From a virus, in IMG/VR virus record IMGVR_UViG_3300002835_000017: 64,000 nt of DNA; one strand, given 5' to 3'. Positions 57,761 to 64,000 of the stretch are shown here, piece by piece (the first letter of the stretch is position 1; every line of letters starts with the position of its first letter). The notes under the pieces were generated by a model, which saw only the letters and a program-made list of their open reading frames with translations, had not been told where the DNA came from and searched no databases. A program made the translations under genes and the position numbers.

Positions 57761-59377
57761 TTAAAGAGTATCTAAACCGTCAACTAAAACTTTACCATAG
57801 AATTCTGGTCTTACAATCTTTTTAGCGTAACGAGTCATAACACCTCTACGTGGAGTAAAGTTGGTTGGGTCGTACACTAAAGGAGTCATAATCAATGGTA
57901 CATAAGGTGCGTAAACTGCTCCAGTCTCGAAGAAGTTAGAACCTTTGAAACCTAACAAGATTACGTTTTCAGTCATGTAAGGGTTTTTGTAAACATCGTA
58001 TCTGTTAGAGATTTGTCCGATGTTAGTTACACCTGCTGCGAAAGTTAACGCATCTTTACCTGGGTTAGCAGAGAATCCGTTCATAGATTCCAAAATTGTA
58101 GCTACGTTTGGAGAAACAACAACGAAGTTTGCTCCACCTCTCATAGTCAATTGGTGAATCTTGTTAGATACTTTTTGTAATTTGATACCCAAAGTTTGGA
58201 ACCAAGTGTTCTTCTGGTATGCTGAAGCTGCTGCCGCAGAAGAATCAATAGCGAATCCTGCACCATTCCACTCATATCCAACTTTTGCTGACCAATATTC
58301 AGTTGTGAATGCGTTCTGCTGCAACATCTCAAGGATTTCCAAATCAATCTCTAAAGAGATGTATTCAGATAACATTTGAGTTAATTCAGCTTCTGCATCT
58401 ACAGAGTGATATGCGTTCAAATCTTGCGCCAATTCAGGAGTCCAAATTGCTTTCAACTTACGTGTTTTAGCAACGATAGGCTCTGATTTCAATTCCAATT
58501 CAATTTCTGGAATTGCCAAATCTGTTCCTCTATCTTCGAAATCTCCACGAGAGATATCAGTAGGTTGTTTGTGGTATGCCAACGATACACCAACAGTAGC
58601 CAAGTTTGATAAACCAGTTACAGTTGCAACGAATTCAACATTTGAACCGTTTTTAGTAGTGTATTGAGGGAAAATTCCATTTACTGCTGAACCAGTTAAG
58701 AATGTTGGTTCGAACGCTCTAACACCATTGAAATCTGCGTCAGATGGTAATGGAACTATGATTTTCTTCAATGTGTTACCTGCAAATGATGCAGAAACTG
58801 AACCCGAAGTTAAATCAAAATCGATATCAGCTAAAGATGCTGAAGCGAATGTTGAAGTGATTTCTGCAGTAGCATTGTTGATTGTGTATCCAAAACGTCC
58901 TGCGCCATACAAACCACCTTCAGCTGCTTGAGTTGAACCTAATTTGTTACCAGCTGGGGATAATGAATCTTTACCAAAAGTACCACCATTACCGAATAAT
59001 GAAGAACCAGTAAAGTTTGGATTACCTGCTGGGTTAGTACCATATTTGAAATCCATGTAGAAGATAAGACCTGAAGGTAAGTTCATTGGTTGAACTGAAA
59101 CGAATTCTTTCGCTGCAATAGAACCGAAGATTCTTCTTACCAAAGGTAGAGCAACACCAGCCCACTCTTCAGAACCTGAAGAAGTACCAGTACGAGTTGC
59201 CTCATCCAATAATTGCTTTGCTTGGTTTTCTAACATTACTGCCATACCATGCTTTGTAGTTTCAGAACCTACTCCTTCAAGTAGTCCTGTTCTTTCCCAT
59301 TTGCCTTTCAAACCTCTGGTTTGCTCAAGCATCACGCTCTGTGGGTTCGCGCCGCTCATTAATTTTTTAATGTTCAT
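57761..59377 (-). CDS. Major capsid protein (gp23-like)
   Basis: LVRR, VQPM..PSGL.F, AKTRKLKA.WT.ELAQDL.A.H..DAEAEL, YAPYVPL, TRY. Confidence 0.96.
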   Translation of the reverse strand: MNIKKLMSGANPQSVMLEQTRGLKGKWERTGLLEGVGSETTKHGMAVMLENQAKQLLDEATRTGTSSGSEEWAGVALPLVRRIFGSIAAKEFVSVQPMNLPSGLIFYMDFKYGTNPAGNPNFTGSSLFGNGGTFGKDSLSPAGNKLGSTQAAEGGLYGAGRFGYTINNATAEITSTFASASLADIDFDLTSGSVSASFAGNTLKKIIVPLPSDADFNGVRAFEPTFLTGSAVNGIFPQYTTKNGSNVEFVATVTGLSNLATVGVSLAYHKQPTDISRGDFEDRGTDLAIPEIELELKSEPIVAKTRKLKAIWTPELAQDLNAYHSVDAEAELTQMLSEYISLEIDLEILEMLQQNAFTTEYWSAKVGYEWNGAGFAIDSSAAAASAYQKNTWFQTLGIKLQKVSNKIHQLTMRGGANFVVVSPNVATILESMNGFSANPGKDALTFAAGVTNIGQISNRYDVYKNPYMTENVILLGFKGSNFFETGAVYAPYVPLIMTPLVYDPTNFTPRRGVMTRYAKKIVRPEFYGKVLVDGLDTL

Positions 59378-59405
59378 TTTGAATGAATTTGTTTGTGTTA
59401 TTTAA

Positions 59406-60758
59406 TTATTTAATAATACCTGCTAATTTCTTAAATCTGTTAGCAAAATTAACCGATTCATTAATTACCGCTTTAGCTTGTGCAGGTTTTGTAGATTTAA
59501 CTGCTTTACTAGCGATACCTTCTGAAATGGCTCTTTTAGTTAATTTGTTAGAAGATGTTGTATATTTGAAATTCTCTGCTAATGTAGAGAACACCAATTT
59601 AACCTCTCTAACTGATTTTGTTCTATCCAAAGTTTCAATCACTTTCACTTTTTGTTCGTTAGTCATGTTGTGTGCTCTGAATAATTTGTTTGCAAATAAA
59701 AGCTTCGCATTTAAAAGATTAACTTCGTTAATAGTTTTTTGAAGAGATTTGATAGTTTTGTAAGCTTCGTTTAAGTCTGCTTTCAATTCTTCTTTATCTT
59801 CTTCTTCATCAACTTTCTCTTTGTCACCTGCCATGTCCGCTTCCATTTCACGAAGAATTTCATCCAAATCTAGTGTATCATCTTCTTCTTCAGCTTCGTT
59901 TGTTACAACAACTTTAGGAGTTTCTCCTTTGTCAGTACCTGCTTCAGAACCATCTGCTAAATTTTCTTTCAATCTTCTACGTGATTCTCTTAATCTTTTA
60001 GATTCAGTTTTTGGTTCTTCTTCTTCACTACCTTCTAATTCAGCTAATTGTCTTCTTAATTCTGCAATTTGTGCTGCGTTAGGGTCTTCTTCTTCATGCT
60101 CTTCTTCGTTTGTTTCTTCTTCGTCACCTAATTGTGATTCCAATTCTCTGATAATAGATTCTAAATCCATAGCATCTTCTGAATCTTCTTCTGAATCCAT
60201 ACCATACTCACCTTCCATTGGGTCTTCTTCTGAATCCATACCATACTCACCTTCCATTGGGTCTTCTTCTGAATCCATACCGTATTCAGCTTCCATTGGG
60301 GCTTCTTCTTCTTCACCTTCTAATTCTGCTAATCTCGCTTTTAATTCTGCGATTTCTGCTGCGTTAGGGTCTTCTTCTTCACCACCGAAGTCATAATCAT
60401 CTTCTTCGTTGATGTCTGCTACTTTTTTGTAGTCAGTACCAGCTGCTTCTGGCTTACCACTATCTTTCTTTACACCTACCGATAAATCAGTGGTTGCATC
60501 GTAAGATGGGTTTGCGCCAGGGGTTTGAGGGTATCCAGCGTCTGATTTAGAACCGATACCATCTGAACTCAATTCCTCATCCACTTTTTCAGCATCTGTA
60601 TCCTCTGCTTCAGCTTCTGCTCTCATCTTTTGAGATAAGATAGATTGAAGTCTAGGAGTAAATGCCTCTTCAAGTGCAAGTTTTGCGTTTGCTAAAGCGG
60701 TTTCTTTAACGGCTTTGGCATCAGCGATTGCTTCTTTCAATAATTTTGAATTTGCCAT
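59406..60758 (-). CDS. Prohead core scaffold protein
   Basis: Very acidic coiled-coil protein directly upstream of MCP; ends RFKKLAGI. Confidence 0.8.
   Translation of the reverse strand: MANSKLLKEAIADAKAVKETALANAKLALEEAFTPRLQSILSQKMRAEAEAEDTDAEKVDEELSSDGIGSKSDAGYPQTPGANPSYDATTDLSVGVKKDSGKPEAAGTDYKKVADINEEDDYDFGGEEEDPNAAEIAELKARLAELEGEEEEAPMEAEYGMDSEEDPMEGEYGMDSEEDPMEGEYGMDSEEDSEDAMDLESIIRELESQLGDEEETNEEEHEEEDPNAAQIAELRRQLAELEGSEEEEPKTESKRLRESRRRLKENLADGSEAGTDKGETPKVVVTNEAEEEDDTLDLDEILREMEADMAGDKEKVDEEEDKEELKADLNEAYKTIKSLQKTINEVNLLNAKLLFANKLFRAHNMTNEQKVKVIETLDRTKSVREVKLVFSTLAENFKYTTSSNKLTKRAISEGIASKAVKSTKPAQAKAVINESVNFANRFKKLAGIIK
60188..60300 (-). repeat. 39-bp coding tandem repeat, about 3 units (PMEGEYGMDSEED)
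   Basis: ttccattgg and tcttctgaatccatacc recur at 39-nt period. Confidence 0.85.
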
Positions 60759-60913
60759 TTTTTTTATTGTGTGTTGATTGTGAAGTTATTTATAAAAACT
60801 CCAATAGAATTATGTTGATTGTTCGGTCACACCTTATAGAGAAGGGTATTCATTAATCAACTACATTTGAATTAAAAAATCCTATATAAGATAGGATATT
60901 CGAGGATAAATAT
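60759..60913 (-). promoter_or_regulatory. Late promoter motif plus long structured 5' leader of scaffold-MCP operon
   Basis: ATATTTATC at 60905-60913; hairpins 60879-60897, 60814-60861, 60782-60802. Confidence 0.55.
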
Positions 60914-60930
60914 GTAAATTTTTTAGAAAA

Positions 60931-61119
60931 CTAAAGAAACCCCAAATCTTTTTGATTTTTTCTTATAGATTTTTCTTTTTGTAACCTATTTTTAACGGAT
61001 GGTTTAACAAATGTTTGTCTTTCTCTTAACTCTTCTGTTTGTTTAATATTTTGAATTTTTTTCTTATATTGTTTCAGAGCCGATTCTATATTACCGTTTT
61101 TAATATCAATTATAATCAT
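60931..61119 (-). CDS. rpsU: Phage-encoded ribosomal protein bS21
   Basis: IESALK.YKKK...ELRER..F.KPS..R bS21 signature, 62 aa, basic. Confidence 0.88.
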   Translation of the reverse strand: MIIIDIKNGNIESALKQYKKKIQNIKQTEELRERQTFVKPSVKNRLQKEKSIRKNQKDLGFL

Positions 61120-61124
61120 AATTA

Positions 61125-61496
61125 TTATTGATGATTTACTAACTTGTATTTTGTTTTATATAATAAAGATACAACAGTATCAATATCATTTTGAATCCAA
61201 CTGTCTTTTAATTTAGGATTCTCTCTTAATCTAGCTATCATATTACATAATGTATCGAAATATTTAATAATATTTTTAATATCATTATTTTTATCCAAAG
61301 TTCCAATTCCTGAAATTTGAATTAATCCTTCTTTTCCCTGATATGTTTCTACCAATCCATCAATTAATCCACCTATTGAATCATAATATTCACCTAATGC
61401 TAAATGTGCAGAATGAGAACCAATTCCTTTAACACCTAAATGAAATGAGTGAGCTTGAGTTCTACTTTGTAATAATAATGATGCTAATTCTTCCAT
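61125..61496 (-). CDS. DUF5856-like / Dps-ferritin-like four-helix protein
   Basis: H.FH...G...H.AL.EYY......D.LVE.YQG. Confidence 0.6.
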   Translation of the reverse strand: MEELASLLLQSRTQAHSFHLGVKGIGSHSAHLALGEYYDSIGGLIDGLVETYQGKEGLIQISGIGTLDKNNDIKNIIKYFDTLCNMIARLRENPKLKDSWIQNDIDTVVSLLYKTKYKLVNHQ

Positions 61497-61503
61497 ATTT
61501 TAA

Positions 61504-62139
61504 TTAATATGTTCCAGGCCTATCACCCTTTTTCATAGTATCTGCCCACATTTGGAACATTTGCTTGATATCATTTGGTAATTTTTTATCTCTTATACTT
61601 AACGTGCCATCCTTACTAATATGAGCAATTATTTTATAATCACCATATTGTTCTTCGGCTCTATTCCAAATAGTTAAACCATTTCCCATCCATCCAGAAC
61701 CGATATCGTATTTTTTAGCTTCTTGAATTGAAGTTCTACCCAATCTTTCTTTCATAACTTTTTCTGAAACATTAGCTATTTCAAAATATCTACCCAACAC
61801 ATTCCCCATATCTTCATATAGAGCTTCCAACCTTTGTTCCTGTGCACGTGCTTCTAATGATTCTTTTTCAAATGCAGATTGTAATTTTTTTAACTCACTC
61901 ATATTACGTTTAATAGTAACTCTATCAAACCAATCACCACCCTCTCTTAATGTATATTCTTGGGCAGCATCAGCGATACCACCCAAAGTTTCTGCAACTT
62001 GTCTGATATCAGATTTTCTACTCATTCCTTCTCTATGTTGTCCATAGGTAGAAATGATTTCCAAGAAATGTTTTTTCATTTCGGTTGGGAGTTGTTGTAA
62101 CTCTTCCGATTCTTTGAGTAAGTTTTTTAAACGTATCAT
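61504..62139 (-). CDS. Hypothetical head-region protein
   Basis: N-terminal MIRLKNLLKE; LYEDMG..L.RYFEI. Confidence 0.65.
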   Translation of the reverse strand: MIRLKNLLKESEELQQLPTEMKKHFLEIISTYGQHREGMSRKSDIRQVAETLGGIADAAQEYTLREGGDWFDRVTIKRNMSELKKLQSAFEKESLEARAQEQRLEALYEDMGNVLGRYFEIANVSEKVMKERLGRTSIQEAKKYDIGSGWMGNGLTIWNRAEEQYGDYKIIAHISKDGTLSIRDKKLPNDIKQMFQMWADTMKKGDRPGTY

Positions 62140-62140
62140 A

Positions 62141-62401
62141 TTATTTTTTTAATATATCGTTTTTCTTAATTTTTGAAACGTATCTCATCATTTCTTGTTT
62201 GTCAATTCCCATAGCATCGATTACCTTTGCTAATACAAGAATTTCTTTTTTACGAGAAAGACTCATTCCTTTAATTTGAGCTACCATTTTATCCAAATAT
62301 CTTTCTATAGATACTGGTAAATTGGTATCTAAATCATCCAATGCTTCTTTAACTACTTTATCGTTAATTGCTTTTCCAGGTACTAAATTTACTAGTTTCA
62401 T
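62141..62401 (-). CDS. Hypothetical head-region protein
   Basis: 86 aa ORF packed in operon. Confidence 0.6.
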   Translation of the reverse strand: MKLVNLVPGKAINDKVVKEALDDLDTNLPVSIERYLDKMVAQIKGMSLSRKKEILVLAKVIDAMGIDKQEMMRYVSKIKKNDILKK

Positions 62402-62406
62402 ATTTG

Positions 62407-62997
62407 TTAGTTTAATTCTATTATAATTTCTCTCATCAAATCTTGTGGTTTACACCACTTACCACATTCTTCTGCAACTTTTGCCCATTGCTTTGATTCG
62501 TTCATTGGTGCCATAAATGCTCCATGTGTAGATGGGTTTGATACAAAATCCCAACCTACTAATTCAAAATCTTCCTGAACCATTACAGTACCATCTCTCA
62601 ATTCCTTTACTGAACCCAAACCTCTAGATGAGATACCTAAACGGATATTGTTCTTTAGTAATTCTCTTAAAATGTTTCCTGATGGAGTTGAAAGTATTTC
62701 TACTACACCGTATACATCATCGCCTTCCCAATAAATTTCTCTAATGTTATGTGATACATTCTTTAAGTTGATAACAGGAGAATCAGGATGGTCCAACTCA
62801 CCCAGTGCTCTGCGTTCTTTGATAAGTTGTTTGTATTTTTGACATTCTCTCTCTAATATTTCTTTAGGATATCTTCTACCATTTTGGTTAGCAGCACCTG
62901 CTCTTTGCAGAATACCCTTTACCAAATAGGTTCCATTTTCTTCTTTTTGAAGTTTTGCTTCAAATAAATGGGTTTCTATTAATAATCCTTTATTCAT
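62407..62997 (-). CDS. Prohead core protease (gp21-like)
   Basis: NQNGR.YP, ALGELDHP, SH, TP.G, GISSRG.GS, DFVSNPS. Confidence 0.95.
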   Translation of the reverse strand: MNKGLLIETHLFEAKLQKEENGTYLVKGILQRAGAANQNGRRYPKEILERECQKYKQLIKERRALGELDHPDSPVINLKNVSHNIREIYWEGDDVYGVVEILSTPSGNILRELLKNNIRLGISSRGLGSVKELRDGTVMVQEDFELVGWDFVSNPSTHGAFMAPMNESKQWAKVAEECGKWCKPQDLMREIIIELN

Positions 62998-62998
62998 C

Positions 62999-63448
62999 TT
63001 ATTTTATATCTTTTTTAACTTTTTCAATTGCCGTGTCTTTATCGTTAGACCAAGCTTTCAAAAATATATTTTTTAAACCACTTTCTAAATCTGCTTTATC
63101 AACATTATCGTTATTTACTTTTTTAATAAGAGATTGAACATACGCAGATTTAACCATTTTATCTGCAGCTGCATCGTTTATTCCGTTATTCTTTTCAATA
63201 TATTCAGTAACATCACTTATAAATTTTTTATTTGATTCTAATTTATCTAATATTCCTGATATTTCTTTTTCAGTTTCTTTAGAACCATTAAAGTATTTAA
63301 TTCCTTTTTCTACTAATTCTCCTATATAATAAAATGCAATTTTACCAATAAGGATACCACTTAATGTTGCAAGTATTCCTAAAGCTAAATTTTCATTTAC
63401 ACTTTTTTTTTTCATTACTTCAATTAATATGGATTTTAACTTTATCAT
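62999..63448 (-). CDS. Hypothetical head-region protein with hydrophobic segment
   Basis: ATG at 63448 overlaps the upstream TGA; MIKLKSILIE; LALGILATLSGILIG. Confidence 0.6.
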   Translation of the reverse strand: MIKLKSILIEVMKKKSVNENLALGILATLSGILIGKIAFYYIGELVEKGIKYFNGSKETEKEISGILDKLESNKKFISDVTEYIEKNNGINDAAADKMVKSAYVQSLIKKVNNDNVDKADLESGLKNIFLKAWSNDKDTAIEKVKKDIK

Positions 63449-63999
63449 CTCCAAGTACCTCTTGCCTGCATAAGTTTTTTAAACATTTCAGGTTGTTTCG
63501 CACGGCTCTTTTCTAATTCTTGAGTTAATCTTTCTACTTCTGCTTTAAGTTTGGCTGGCCATTTATCATAATTTTCCCACGGAAATTCAAATTTATTACC
63601 AAGTGTAGTTCTTATCAATTGGCGTTGTTTATCCAATATTGCACCACTTTTAGCAAGTGATGCTTTATAATCGGCTTCCAACTTGTCTATTTCTTTTCCT
63701 TTGAATTTATCAAGAACTGGTGGCCAGTCAAATCTTTCATCTCCCGCTTCGTTTGTTTTACCAGCTCTTAATGCTGCTAAATCTGAACCTTCAATTTCGC
63801 CATCCTTATCTACATCAATTTTCTTTTGTCCTGCAGTTAGTTCTGCTTCATTATATCCTCTTAATCTACCTTCTGATTTTGCTTTATAAGCAGTATCTAC
63901 GGCATTAAAGAATTTCTTCTTATCATCGTCAGACATATCTGCAATTGATTTACCAGTTTTATCTAACATGTGCTTAAACAATTGTTGATAATCTTGCTC
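63445..63999 (-). CDS. Hypothetical head-region protein (5' end outside window) with EF-hand-like loop
   Basis: Frame open to window edge; DVDKDGEIEGSD. Confidence 0.6.
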   Translation of the reverse strand, partial: EQDYQQLFKHMLDKTGKSIADMSDDDKKKFFNAVDTAYKAKSEGRLRGYNEAELTAGQKKIDVDKDGEIEGSDLAALRAGKTNEAGDERFDWPPVLDKFKGKEIDKLEADYKASLAKSGAILDKQRQLIRTTLGNKFEFPWENYDKWPAKLKAEVERLTQELEKSRAKQPEMFKKLMQARGTWR

Positions 64000-64000
64000 C

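Larger units (their letters stand above)
20230..60913 (-). promoter_or_regulatory. Dispersed late promoter motif ATATTTATA
   Basis: Copies start at 22519, 24648, 29017, 32470, 34124, 36414, 38200, 41683, 46281, 47155, 51061, 57256, 57696; one-mismatch variants at 20230, 33530, 50487, 60905; most are 19-46 nt upstream of an ATG. Confidence 0.75.

Noticed and set aside
60759-60930. tRNA or a recognised riboswitch in the longest intergenic gaps
   Set aside because: No cloverleaf, T-loop or known aptamer consensus recognised; kept only as a candidate novel leader
21-63908. All plus-strand ORFs and short nested minus-strand ORFs in the track
   Set aside because: They overlap well-supported minus-strand genes, lack recognisable motifs and read as antisense or off-frame shadows
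1-64000. Stop-codon reassignment
   Set aside because: Standard code gives full-length genes and dense packing; TAG and TGA end genes at expected positions (5405, 32478)

Overview
64 kb from a large, AT-rich, T4-like (myovirus) dsDNA phage. Every real gene is on the minus strand; the plus-strand ORFs are shadows. In transcription order (right to left) the window holds: a head module (prohead protease, small putative internal proteins, a Dps/ferritin-like protein, ribosomal protein bS21, scaffold, major capsid protein); neck and tail-completion genes; a ~17 kb array of Ser/Thr/Gly-rich fibre-like genes, with a glycosyltransferase and a Hint(intein-like)-LamG protein; sheath, tube, a probable frameshifted tail chaperone pair, tape measure and baseplate genes; then replication and nucleotide genes (2OG-Fe dioxygenase, a degenerate family A polymerase, SSB, RecA/UvsX, 5'-3' exonuclease, GroES, helicase, NrdB/NrdA, thioredoxin, a PLP enzyme, an EcoRI-like nuclease plus adenine MTase, two SPPY MTases flanking the sliding clamp, family B polymerase, and the start of the clamp loader). 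TTG-N20-TAnnTTTG promoters, no obvious SD sites and the bS21 gene point to a Bacteroidota host (inference). A second motif, ATATTTATA, marks probable late promoters. The best candidates for undescribed biology are the PolA-like protein with a substituted steric gate, a possible DNA-hypermodification gene set, a possible RNA switch in the scaffold/capsid leader just downstream of bS21, the self-cleaving Hint-LamG adhesin with its modular fibre array, and a +1/-2 frameshift site. All calls come from motif recognition by eye; no searches were run.
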